A DNA stretch of 64,000 nucleotides, taken from positions 5,766-69,765 of the forward strand of contig CAWGEQ010000039.1 in the NCBI GenBank assembly GCA_963821645.1, given 5' to 3'. This DNA comes from an uncultured delta proteobacterium. Lineage in GTDB: Bacteria > Desulfobacterota > RBG-13-43-22. Below are positions 31,031 through 40,275 of the stretch, piece after piece (position 1 is the first letter of the stretch; each line of letters opens with the position of its first letter). Both the position numbers and the translations under genes were made by a program. Under the pieces are notes generated by a model. The model was not told the DNA's origin, did not search any database, and worked only from the letters and a program-made list of their open reading frames with translations.

Positions 31031-32068
31031 TTATATGATCATCCCCTCCAGCAGACCGGCATCGCTGACCAGCAGGTCCTCTTGGGAAAAATGATCCAAA
31101 ATTTCCAAAACCAGCAAAAGCCCGGCGGCAATGACATCGGCCCTTCCGGGTTCTAATCCGGCTAATTTCGCCCGTCGGTCCAAAGGCAGGGCGAAGATTT
31201 CTTCGGATAATTGCCGAAGACGATCTTTAGTCAGCACCGTCCCATTAATCTGATCCGGGTCATAGTCGAAAAGCTTTTTGACCATGGCGGCCAAAGTGGT
31301 AACCGTGCCGGCTGTTCCGATTAAATTTTTTATATTATCATTATTCATTAAATTTTTCTTTAAAATATTTTGACAATGGCCCTTAAGCAATTCCGATTCA
31401 TCCGGGCCTGGGGGATCGGATTTTAGAAAACGCTCAGTTAAGGCCACGACCCCGAGGGGCAGACTAAGCCTGTCGGCCATTTGTCCTTCTTTCATAAAGA
31501 CAAATTCGGTGCTTCCGCCGCCCATATCAAATATAACGGTTTCCCCGGACCTTGAGGGAAACATAGAAAGGACCCCCTGAGCCATGAGTCGGGCCTCTTC
31601 CAGACCCGAGATAATCCGCACCGGTAGACGGGTTTCCTTTTCGATCCGGTCTAAAAAAGTGGCAATATTTTTGGCCTCCCGCAAAACGCCTGTTCCGACT
31701 GCAAAAATGTTGGTTACCCCTTCACGGTCGGCCCTGATTTTAAATCTTTTTAAGACCTTCACGGCGGATTCGATGGCCCGGGCGGAAAGGAGTCGGTCCG
31801 GATAAAAATTCCTCCCCAACCGGACGATCTCCCGATCCCGACAGACCGGATAAAACCCTTGTGCTGATTTTTCGGCGATTAACAGTCGTAAGGTATTGGA
31901 ACCGATGTCAATGGAGGCAATTTTTCCCAACGTGGCGGCATCATGGTTAGTGGTTGATTTCTGGAAAGTTATAACAAATCTCCTCTTTGATTTCAAGGAG
32001 ATTATGGGTTCTCCTCTTTCTTGACATAGTTCATCACTTATGAGACACTTCATTCCGTTTAACTCCAA
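31031..32068 (-). CDS. Ppx/GppA-family phosphatase
   Basis: IASIDIGSNTLRLLIAE, DMGGGSTEF. Start uncertain: TTG 32068, ATG 32053 or TTG 31930. Confidence 0.8.
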   Translation of the reverse strand: MELNGMKCLISDELCQERGEPIISLKSKRRFVITFQKSTTNHDAATLGKIASIDIGSNTLRLLIAEKSAQGFYPVCRDREIVRLGRNFYPDRLLSARAIESAVKVLKRFKIRADREGVTNIFAVGTGVLREAKNIATFLDRIEKETRLPVRIISGLEEARLMAQGVLSMFPSRSGETVIFDMGGGSTEFVFMKEGQMADRLSLPLGVVALTERFLKSDPPGPDESELLKGHCQNILKKNLMNNDNIKNLIGTAGTVTTLAAMVKKLFDYDPDQINGTVLTKDRLRQLSEEIFALPLDRRAKLAGLEPGRADVIAAGLLLVLEILDHFSQEDLLVSDAGLLEGMII

Positions 32069-32097
32069 AATAATTTCACTATCTTTCAGGAGAGGCT

Positions 32098-32325
32098 ATG
32101 CCCACCAAAAACCCGAGAATCAATGTCGTCCTTGATAAACCCCTTTATCAAAACATCCAATTCCTGGCTAAAAAGGACGGAGTATCTTTATCCACCAAAC
32201 TGAGAGATCTGATTAAAGAAGCGTTGGATGTCCAAGAAGATGTCTATTTGACCAAGGTGGCCGAAAAACGGGAAAAGTCTTTTAAGGACTCCCGGGCGTT
32301 TAGCCATGAGGAAGTCTGGGCTTGA
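32098..32325 (+). CDS. ribbon-helix-helix antitoxin (RelB/CopG-like)
   Basis: 75 aa. NPRINVVLDKPLYQNIQFLAKKDGVSLSTKLRDLIKEAL. RBS ggagagg. Confidence 0.6.
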   Translation: MPTKNPRINVVLDKPLYQNIQFLAKKDGVSLSTKLRDLIKEALDVQEDVYLTKVAEKREKSFKDSRAFSHEEVWA

Positions 32326-32338
32326 TTACCAGGTTGCT

Positions 32339-32521
32339 GAAACGGGTACCGCCCCGTAGGGGTGGGAGTAAGCCGCGATGTGGGCGAAAAAAGGCCCATC
32401 TATTGCGTTCCCCTCACCCCTCGTCATTGCGGCGTACTTCTATGTACGCCTCATTCCTCGGGATTTCTTCGCATCGAGGGCGCTGCTCAGTCCCACCCCT
32501 TCGGGGCGGGTTCCCGGTTTC
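32339..32521. mobile_element. ~183-bp TIR-bounded structured insertion between antitoxin and toxin genes
   Basis: Left end gaaacgggtaccgccccgtaggggtgggagt. Reverse complement of right end is gaaaccgggaacccgccccgaaggggtgggact. Internal hairpins ggcgtac-ttctat-gtacgcc and cctcg..cgagg. Confidence 0.45.
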
Positions 32522-32607
32522 GGGCGCCTTATATCTGGACCTTTTTGAGCAACCTGTCAAAAAAGAGTTTTTCCGCATCCTGTTGTTTGAATAAGGGCTT
32601 AAATCAG

Positions 32608-32898
32608 ATGACTTTTGAACTTGCCTATCATCCAGAAGTAAAAAAAATGGACTTGCCCAGGATCGACTTAAAAAATAAGGCCATGATTAAAAAAGCCATT
32701 GAGGAACGCTTAACTACCGGGCCAGAACTTTACGGAAGACCTTTACGACGAACTCTCAAGGGATACTGGAAACTTAGGGTTGGAGAATATCGGATCGTTT
32801 TTAAAATAACGGGGAGGAAAATTTTTATTTTTGGAATTATCCATAGAAAAGATATTTATCCTCAGGTAACCAGACGAGCCATCAGGGAAATCTCATGA
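32608..32898 (+). CDS. RelE/StbE-family toxin
   Basis: MTFELAYHPEVKKMDLPRIDLKNKAMIKKAIEERL...LKGYWKLRVGEYRIVFKI. Internal ATG of ORF 32362..32898. Confidence 0.75.
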   Translation: MTFELAYHPEVKKMDLPRIDLKNKAMIKKAIEERLTTGPELYGRPLRRTLKGYWKLRVGEYRIVFKITGRKIFIFGIIHRKDIYPQVTRRAIREIS

Positions 32899-34608
32899 AA
32901 CCAGCCGATGATTTAAAAAAGACCCTGTTCCGCATTCATGACAAGGGCTATAAGGCCTATCAGGACATTGAAGGCCTGTATCTCTTTTCCCAATATGAAC
33001 TGTCCATCGACCGCGTCCAGGCAGATCCTTTTGCCCCTCCCTCCCGGGTCCGAGCCATAATCTCTCTAAAAAAATGGCGAATTTTTTCGGACCTCTGGGA
33101 AACCAAGACCCGTCGCATCGCCTTTGGCGATTTTATCGGCCGCCAGGTCCAGCAGGCCATCCGCAATCTTTCCTCCAAGCACCGGGGAACCGGGAAGAGC
33201 GGAATGATCGCTATTGAGGCCGGGGGACCCGAAATCCTGGAACGGTCGGCCGTGGTGATTCATGGAGAAACCCTGGAACTGCGTCTGACCGTGGGACTGC
33301 CCGCGGCCGGTCGGACTGTCCTGGGGATGGAAGCGGTGTCCATTTTTTTCGAAGACCTGCCCAAGGTCATCCAGCAAGGGGTTTTTCAGTTCCCCAACAT
33401 GGGGCTGGAAGTCAAACATTTTGTGGACGCCTACGAGGACCAGGAGTGGCTGCGAGTCGGCCCTTGCGGGAAAAGGGCTGGTGGCCTTTATCCCTGAGGG
33501 GGCCATCCTGCCCCGGGAAAGCGGCATCAGTTCCCGGCCCCTGGCCATGGGAACCGTCCCATTTTATCCTCCCCAGGAGGCATCGATGACCTTCCAGCTT
33601 CCCCACAAAGGGTCGATCACCGGCTTGGGGCTGGCTAAAGGGGTGACCTTGATCGTCGGCGGGGGCTTTCACGGAAAGTCCACGCTGCTAAAGGCCCTGG
33701 AATTAGGGATCTACAGCCACATCCCGGGAGACGGCCGGGAATATGTGGTCACCGATGCCAAGGCCGTCAAGATCAGGGCCGAAGACGGGAGGTTTGTGGA
33801 AAAGGTCAACATCAGCCCCTTTATCAAATCACTTCCCTTACTTCGGGACACGGTCCGCTTCAGCACCGATAACGCCAGCGGCAGCACCTCCCAGGCCGCC
33901 AATATCATGGAGGCCCTGGAAATGGGGGCCAGGGTCTTGCTGATCGATGAGGATACCTCGGCCACTAATTTTATGATCCGGGACCGGCGCATGCAGGAAT
34001 TAGTCAAAAAGGCCCATGAACCGATTACCCCTTTTATCGACAAGGTCCGCCAGCTCTATCAGGACCAGGGAGTTTCCACCCTCTTGGTCATGGGTGGCAC
34101 CGGTGACTATTTTGAAGCGGCCGATACGGTCATCTGGATGAACAATTATCGGCCCTTTTGCGTCACTCAGGAAGCCCGGGCCATTGCCGAAAAATTTCCT
34201 GTCCATCGCCTTCCCGAGGGTGGGGAGAATTTCGGAGAGATTTCCCCGCGTCAGCCCAAACCGGACAGCTTTAATCCGAGTATGGGGCACAAGGAGGTGC
34301 GCATCGAAGCCAAGGGTTTGGAAACCCTGATTTACGGGGAACAGGCCATTGACCTGTCTTTCCTGGAACAGTTAGCGGAGACCGGACAGACCCGGGCCAT
34401 CGGCCGGATCATTCATCTTTATGCCTCGAAGTATTTAACAGGTAGTGCCGATCTCAAGGAAGGGCTGGAAAAGACCTTGGCCGAGATCGAAGAGAAAGGG
34501 TTAGACGACCTCATGCCCTATAAGGTGGGAAACCTGGCCAAACCCCGACTCTTTGAAATCGCCGGGGCCATCAACCGCCTGCGAAGCTTGCAAATAAAAC
34601 CGAAATAG
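32895..34608 (+). pseudogene. ABC-class ATPase (COG3044-like), one frameshift near 33460 (or sequencing error)
   Basis: ORFs 32895..33497 and 33421..34608. TLIVGGGFHGKSTLL (P-loop), LLIDEDTSATNFM. Start ATG overlaps the relE-like stop (ATGA). Confidence 0.7.
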
Positions 34609-34616
34609 GTTCCATG

Positions 34617-34716
34617 AAGCGGTCAGCCGTCAGCTTTTAGCTTTCAGCGAACCCCGCCACCATTACATGAAATTGATTTTCGGCGAACGTTGAACGTTAA
34701 AGAACCTTGAACGGTA
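34617..34716. repeat. hybrid spacer: TCAGCTN-type units followed by GAACGTT/GAACCTT units
   Basis: gcggtcagccgtcagcttttagctttcagcg ... gaacgttgaacgttaaagaaccttgaacgg. Confidence 0.5.
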
Positions 34717-34717
34717 T

Positions 34718-35269
34718 TTAAACCTTCCCATCCCGGATAAACCCGGCCCCTGTTTCCAGTGCGGTGGTATTGATGGGAATCATCTTGTGGTAGCGTTTGT
34801 CCAGGGCGCGGGAAAAGGCCTTAACCACGGCCTCCGCGGTGAGTACCTTTGTTTCTTCGATAACGGCCCCCAGCATGGCCATGTTGGCTAATCGCTGGTC
34901 CCCGGCCTTGGCGGCCAAATCAATGGTCGGGACCTTGATCATTTTGGTTTCCGGGTAGTCCCCTTCCTGAGTATCGATCAAAGAAGAATTGACGAAGAGC
35001 CAGCCTCCGGGTTTGACCATGGGTCCGAATCTCAAAAGAGAGGGTTTATTCATGACTATGGCGGATACCGGGTGATGGATTACCGGAGAGCCGATCTCCT
35101 GGTCGGATATGACTACCGTGCAGTTGGCCGTCCCGCCGCGCATCTCCACCCCATAAACGGGCATATAGGTGACATGACGGCCTTCTTCCATGGCCCCATA
35201 AGTCAGGAGATTCCCGATCAACAGGACCCCCTGTCCTCCAAAACCGGCTACAATGACATCGAAGTACAT
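34718..35269 (-). CDS. 2-oxoacid:ferredoxin oxidoreductase gamma subunit
   Basis: 183 aa. VAGFGGQGVLLIGNLL, YGVEMRGGTANCTVVIS. Confidence 0.85.
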   Translation of the reverse strand: MYFDVIVAGFGGQGVLLIGNLLTYGAMEEGRHVTYMPVYGVEMRGGTANCTVVISDQEIGSPVIHHPVSAIVMNKPSLLRFGPMVKPGGWLFVNSSLIDTQEGDYPETKMIKVPTIDLAAKAGDQRLANMAMLGAVIEETKVLTAEAVVKAFSRALDKRYHKMIPINTTALETGAGFIRDGKV

Positions 35270-35284
35270 GAATACAGCTCCTAA

Positions 35285-35323
35285 AGCTCTTAGCTATTAG
35301 CTGTCAGCTTTCAGCTTTCAGCT
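35285..35323. repeat. TNAGCTN-type heptamer arm
   Basis: agctcttagctattagctgtcagctttcagctttcagc. Roughly complementary to 35676-35708. Confidence 0.65.
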
Positions 35324-35375
35324 TGTTGATGAATGAGATAACATCTTTTTCACTTCGAGCAATTCTTGGTTTAAT

Positions 35376-35668
35376 TCATTCATAATCAAAGTTGTTTAAA
35401 AAACCTAAATCGTGGGCAAGTAATAGATGATATTCCAACTCACTGGCGGAACCCATAGCTATTTGAAAAAAGCGGGCCATTTCAGCTTCGCTATTTCTGC
35501 CACACCCTTCCGCAATATTGGCCGGGAATAGAGATACAGGCCCTTCTAACCTGGCTGGTCAATCCGTAACAATTCTTCCTTTGGAAAGCTTAATGTCTTC
35601 TTATACACTTTCAGAGTTAATTGATGGCTTTTCTGCCAAACCATCAATTCTTTAAAATTTTTCAGATG
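35376..35668 (-). pseudogene. decayed four-helix-bundle (23S rRNA IVS-protein family) gene
   Basis: Minus strand reads [40 protein letters not shown]. The +1 frame then reads [47 protein letters not shown]. No start codon, one frameshift. Confidence 0.7.
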
Positions 35669-35675
35669 GCCGCCT

Positions 35676-35708
35676 CGCTTTCAGCTGAATCGCTAATCGC
35701 TAATTGCT
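35676..35708. repeat. GCTNANN-type heptamer arm
   Basis: cgctttcagctgaatcgctaatcgctaattgc. Overlaps the 3' end of the beta-subunit gene. Confidence 0.6.
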
Positions 35709-36458
35709 TCCTGGCTGTATTTCTTTAAATATCCCCAATGGGAAATAGGGGATCATCTCTTCCCCGACCCGCTTGTTAGCCTTTTCCGGGGACATCTTCC
35801 AGTTGGTGGGACAACTGGAGAGGAATTCCACAAAGGAAAATCCCTGATTCTTGATCTGGACTTCAAAGGCCTTTTTCAACATCTTTTTGGCCTGCATCAG
35901 ATTTTTGGGAGTATCGACGGCCACCCGGGCGGAAAAGGTCGTTCCTCCCAGCATGGTCATGAGTTCGGCCATGCGGATCGGATACCCTTCACGGCGAAAA
36001 TCCCGTCCGAATGGGGAGGTGGTCGTGGCCTGACCCAACATGGTCGTCGGGGCCATCTGACCCCCGGTCATCCCATAAACAGTGTTGTTGACAAAGATGA
36101 TGGTAATATTTTCCCCACGATTGGCGGCATGAAGACCCTCGGCAATACCCAGGGCAGCCAGGTCCCCGTCTCCCTGATAGGTAAAGACAAAATTCTCCGG
36201 TCTGGCCCTTTTGATCCCCGTGGCCACGGCCGCCGCCCTTCCATGGGGGGACTCACAGACATCGATGTCAAAATAGTCATACATAAAGACCGAGCAACCC
36301 ACCGAGGCGGCACAGATGGTCTTTTCCCGAAGATCATAGGCATCGAGGCATTCGGCCACCAGTCGGTGGATGACGCCGTGATGACACCCGGGACAAAAAT
36401 GAAAGGGCACATCTTTCAAACTCTTGGGACGTTTAAATACCTGTTTCATTACCTTCAC
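35700..36458 (-). CDS. 2-oxoacid:ferredoxin oxidoreductase beta subunit (TPP-binding)
   Basis: 252 aa. [12 protein letters not shown]...[11 protein letters not shown]. Confidence 0.9.
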   Translation of the reverse strand: MKVMKQVFKRPKSLKDVPFHFCPGCHHGVIHRLVAECLDAYDLREKTICAASVGCSVFMYDYFDIDVCESPHGRAAAVATGIKRARPENFVFTYQGDGDLAALGIAEGLHAANRGENITIIFVNNTVYGMTGGQMAPTTMLGQATTTSPFGRDFRREGYPIRMAELMTMLGGTTFSARVAVDTPKNLMQAKKMLKKAFEVQIKNQGFSFVEFLSSCPTNWKMSPEKANKRVGEEMIPYFPLGIFKEIQPGSN

Positions 36459-37507
36459 CGATATACTTTCTTAATCTCTTCAAACAATTCATCGGGGGTG
36501 GGGATCGAACCGGGCGGCCGGCCGTAAAAATCCACATTGGCCCCCTTGTTCACCGAGAGTTTCACATCCTCGACCATCTGACCCGTATTGAGTTCGACCA
36601 CAAAAAAATGATTCTTTTTTTGCGATAGCTCCCTTAGCGCTTCTTCAGGATAAGGATAAAGGGTAATGGGGCGGAAGAGGCCGACCTTCATCCCCTTTTC
36701 CCGGGCCATATTGACGGATGATTTTATAATACGGGCCACGGACCCGAAAGAAACCACCACCATGTCGGCATCATCGGTCAAATAGGTCTGGTATTGGATC
36801 TCGGCCTTCATCTGTTGGTATTTTTGGAACAACTTCCAGTTATGCTGGGTCAGGTCCCCTTCGTTCAGGTAAAGGCTTTTTAAAAAACGTGCATCACGAC
36901 CTTCGGCGCCGGTCAAGGCCCAGGGCTTGTCAATCTCCTGGGGGATATAAGACCGGAGGACGATGGGCTCCTTCATCTGCCCCAGAAGGGCATCACCTAA
37001 AATCATAACGGGGTTACGATACTTATCGGCCAGATCAAAGGCCTTCATGGTCAGGTCATAATTTTCCTGAACTGAAAAAGGGGCCAGGACGATGACCCGG
37101 TAATCTCCGTGACCTCCTCCGCGGGTAGCCTGAAAATAATCTCCTTGTGATGGAGAAATGCCTCCCAAGCCCGGCCCGCTGCGGCTCATATTGACGATGA
37201 CTCCCGGAATCTCGGACCCGGCCATGTAGGAAATGCCTTCCTGTTTTAAGGAGATGCCCGGGCTGGAAGAAGAGGTCATGGCCCTGGCCCCGGTGGCCCC
37301 TGCACCAAGAAGCATGTTGATGGAGGCGATTTCACTCTCGGCCTGTATAAAGGTCCCTCCAACCGCCGGCAGGTGTTTAGACAAATATTCCGGGATCTCA
37401 TTTTGGGGGGTGATGGGGTATCCGAAATAAAATTTACAGTTGGCGGCCATGGCCCCCCTGGCTATCGCTTCGTTTCCGTTTACCAGTTCAATATCAGGTT
37501 TTGACAT
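36455..37507 (-). CDS. 2-oxoacid:ferredoxin oxidoreductase alpha subunit
   Basis: Start at [19 protein letters not shown] (RBS ggag). [14 protein letters not shown]. Confidence 0.9.
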   Translation of the reverse strand: MSKPDIELVNGNEAIARGAMAANCKFYFGYPITPQNEIPEYLSKHLPAVGGTFIQAESEIASINMLLGAGATGARAMTSSSSPGISLKQEGISYMAGSEIPGVIVNMSRSGPGLGGISPSQGDYFQATRGGGHGDYRVIVLAPFSVQENYDLTMKAFDLADKYRNPVMILGDALLGQMKEPIVLRSYIPQEIDKPWALTGAEGRDARFLKSLYLNEGDLTQHNWKLFQKYQQMKAEIQYQTYLTDDADMVVVSFGSVARIIKSSVNMAREKGMKVGLFRPITLYPYPEEALRELSQKKNHFFVVELNTGQMVEDVKLSVNKGANVDFYGRPPGSIPTPDELFEEIKKVYR

Positions 37508-37515
37508 AGGGACTC

Positions 37516-37719
37516 CTACTTCCAGACCTCGATAACGCAATCGGGGCACATCTCCGCGCAAAGGGCGCAACCGGTGCATTGGTCCTCATGTTTGATTTTC
37601 GCCACCGTATAGCCTTGGTTATTAATTTTTTTGCTGATAACGATACTTTTCTTGGGGCAGGCCAGGACGCAAAGTCCGCAACCCTTGCACCGTTCTTCTT
37701 GAAAGGCAATCTTTGGCAT
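37516..37719 (-). CDS. 2-oxoacid:ferredoxin oxidoreductase delta subunit (2x[4Fe-4S] ferredoxin)
   Basis: 67 aa. CKGCGLCVLACP and CTGCALCAEMCP. Confidence 0.85.
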   Translation of the reverse strand: MPKIAFQEERCKGCGLCVLACPKKSIVISKKINNQGYTVAKIKHEDQCTGCALCAEMCPDCVIEVWK

Positions 37720-37830
37720 AACAATTCCCTATTACTTCCAAAATTTTTTCCCTTCCCCAATCCCCATAGGAGGTAAGGAATAGAGGAGGAGTAATTTTAC
37801 AGAAATCGATCGGCTGAGGGCAAAGGGTCT

Positions 37831-38772
37831 TCAGCCTTTTTCTGCGGAGGCCAAGGCGTCCAAGGACTTCAGGTCTTCCACATTATACGACCGGTATTCA
37901 TAATCCCTGGGCAGGCATTTTCGGACCAAACCGAGGAGGACCTTTTTGGGACCTACTTCCACAAAACGGGATACCCCTTGAGTCATCAGATTCCCGACCA
38001 GTTCCACCCAACGGACAGGATGATTAATCTGACTCCCCATAATTTCTTTTATCTTTATCGGATCGCTTTCTGCTTTTCCGGTTACATTAAATAAAATGGT
38101 CTTTAGGGGTGGATTAAATTTTATCGGGGAAAGGACTTCCCTAAAGGCCTCCATGGCCTCCTCCATCAAAGGGCTGTGCCAGGCCCCGCTGACCGCCAGA
38201 GGAACGGCCTTGCCTCCGCTTTGGGTTACCCGAAGAGAGGCCTTTTCAACCAATTCCCTGGTCCCGGAGATCACGGTTTGGTCCGGCGTATTATAATTAG
38301 CCGCCCCGATGGCCCCTTCCCGCCCCAATTCAGAAAGGATGGTCTGCAACGTTTCAGGGACCAGCCCTATGACGGCCGCCATGGCCCCGGGGTTTTTCCG
38401 TGCCGCCTCGTCCATTAAGGCCCCCCGGGCCTTGACCAGCCTGAGGGTATCTTCCAGGCCGATCACGCCGGCGCAACAAAGGGCCGAATATTCACCCAGA
38501 CTATGTCCGGCCGTAACCGCTGGGGTCAGACCCTTCTCCTCCAAACAGGCCAATACCGCCAAATTGACCGCGGTTATAGCCGGTTGCAGGTTGGCAGTCA
38601 AGGTTAATTGTTCCAGGGGACCATTAAAACATAATTCTCTTAACGGCAATCCGGTTATCTCTTCTGCTTTTTTAAAAAGTCCCTTGGCCGCGGGGTATTG
38701 ATCATGGATTTCCTTCCCCATTCCCACATACTGGGAACCCTGCCCCGGAAATAAAAAAGCCTTAAAATTCAT
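37831..38772 (-). CDS. fabD: malonyl CoA-ACP transacylase
   Basis: FLFPGQGSQYVGMG, GHSLGEYSAL. Start at MNFKAF. Confidence 0.9.
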   Translation of the reverse strand: MNFKAFLFPGQGSQYVGMGKEIHDQYPAAKGLFKKAEEITGLPLRELCFNGPLEQLTLTANLQPAITAVNLAVLACLEEKGLTPAVTAGHSLGEYSALCCAGVIGLEDTLRLVKARGALMDEAARKNPGAMAAVIGLVPETLQTILSELGREGAIGAANYNTPDQTVISGTRELVEKASLRVTQSGGKAVPLAVSGAWHSPLMEEAMEAFREVLSPIKFNPPLKTILFNVTGKAESDPIKIKEIMGSQINHPVRWVELVGNLMTQGVSRFVEVGPKKVLLGLVRKCLPRDYEYRSYNVEDLKSLDALASAEKG

Positions 38773-38850
38773 ACGGGTCTTCTCCTGGAAATTTTGCTTA
38801 TTATATAAATCCAAAATCATTATAATTCAAGGAAAAACCAACAGCGGTGA

Positions 38851-38879
38851 TTGACTTTTATAAAACTTTAGACTATGTT
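38851..38879 (+). promoter_or_regulatory. putative sigma70-type promoter of hpt
   Basis: TTGACT, 17 nt, TATGTT, about 45 nt upstream of the hpt ATG. Confidence 0.35.
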
Positions 38880-38925
38880 TTCTAAAAAAAGCGGTAATTT
38901 AAAGAAAACACCCCTTTAAAAAATA

Positions 38926-39453
38926 ATGCCTATTCCGGCCAAAAAAAAACGGTTGTATACCCGGCGCGAGATCCAGAAAAGGGTCCAAGAACTGGCCGGC
39001 ATCATTTCGGAAGATTACCGGAAGGAGGAACTGATCCTGATCGGCGTCTTGAAAGGGGCCTTTGTCTTCCTCTCCGATCTGGCCAGAAATCTCTCCATTC
39101 CGGTCAAGCTGGATTTTGTCAGGCTGGCCAGTTACGGCAGCCGGAGCCAAACCCAAGGAGAAGTGCGTCTCACTAAAACCATTGAAATCCCGATCAAGGA
39201 TAAACACATCCTGGTGGTCGAAGACATCGTAGACAGCGGACTGACCCTGAATTTCCTCCTGGAATTCCTAAAAAATGAAAATCCCAAATCGGTCCGGATT
39301 TGTGCTTTGATTAATAAAAGCGAGCGACGGGAAGTGGCGGTTAACATCGATTACGTTGGATTTTCAGTCTCTCAAGGGTTTATTGTGGGTTACGGGCTTG
39401 ATTTTGATGAACGGTACCGCCACCTCCCGGCATTATATCAACTTGATTTTTAA
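38926..39453 (+). CDS. hpt: hypoxanthine phosphoribosyltransferase
   Basis: 175 aa. ILVVEDIVDSGLTL (PRPP motif), GFIVGYGLDFDERYRHLP. Confidence 0.9.
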   Translation: MPIPAKKKRLYTRREIQKRVQELAGIISEDYRKEELILIGVLKGAFVFLSDLARNLSIPVKLDFVRLASYGSRSQTQGEVRLTKTIEIPIKDKHILVVEDIVDSGLTLNFLLEFLKNENPKSVRICALINKSERREVAVNIDYVGFSVSQGFIVGYGLDFDERYRHLPALYQLDF

Positions 39454-39483
39454 TTAATGCCTTTTTTGTATAAGGAGGCCCTC

Positions 39484-40259
39484 TTGATCATTCGATGTGA
39501 ACGATGCACAACCACCTATCATTTAGATCAAAAATTTGTCGAGCCCTTCGGTTCCAAAGTTCGGTGCACGCGCTGTGGCCATATCTTCTGGGTCGAACCT
39601 GCCTTTTTTCGGAGACTCCACCTCGTTTGGAATCGGTCCCCGAACTGGGCCCTTCGATGGTCCTGGAGGATGAGAAGGAAACGGGGGTCCAGCAAAGGCA
39701 GCCGTCTAAGAAAACCCTTTGGGTTTTGGGGACCATCCTATTGTTTGTTCTGCTGGCCCCGGCCGGTCGTTTTTTAGTGATCCAACACCATCATCCCAAT
39801 TGGACCTTTGCCGATATCTGGTCGAACGTCTTTTTCCTTCCTATTGACCCGGAGGGAAACCAAAAAATAAGCCTGATTAATATAAAAAAAAATTTTAAAG
39901 ATAATCCGAAAATAGGCCGATTTTTTGTGATCGAAGGAGAAATAAAAAACGGCTACCCGAACCCACGTCAGAAAATCAAAATCCGGGGCTCTTTGAGAAC
40001 AGCGGAAAATCGAGTGGCCGCCAGCCGGGAAGTCTATTCAGGTTGGACCTTAACCGACGCGGAATTGGAAACCCTCTCACTGGAGGAAATAAACAAACTG
40101 ATTTTATCCCAACCTGACCGGTTTTCCACCAACATCCGGGTTGCTCCCGGGAAAACACTGCCTTTTATGATCCTTTTTCCGCCCCTGCTTCCGGGCTCGA
40201 CCCAGGTCTCTATAGAGGTGGTCAGTTCTCAAAAGGCCATTTTGTCTTCAACGCCTTAA
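39484..40259 (+). pseudogene. MJ0042-type zinc-ribbon / DUF3426 membrane protein, frameshift at T6 run 39604-39609 (or sequencing error)
   Basis: (M)IIRCERCTTTYHLD...KVRCTRCGHIFWVEP in frame 1. Then ...TLWVLGTILLFVLL... and the DUF3426-like tail continue in ORF 39504..40259. Confidence 0.6.
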
Positions 40260-40275
40260 TCCATTTGGGGATTAA

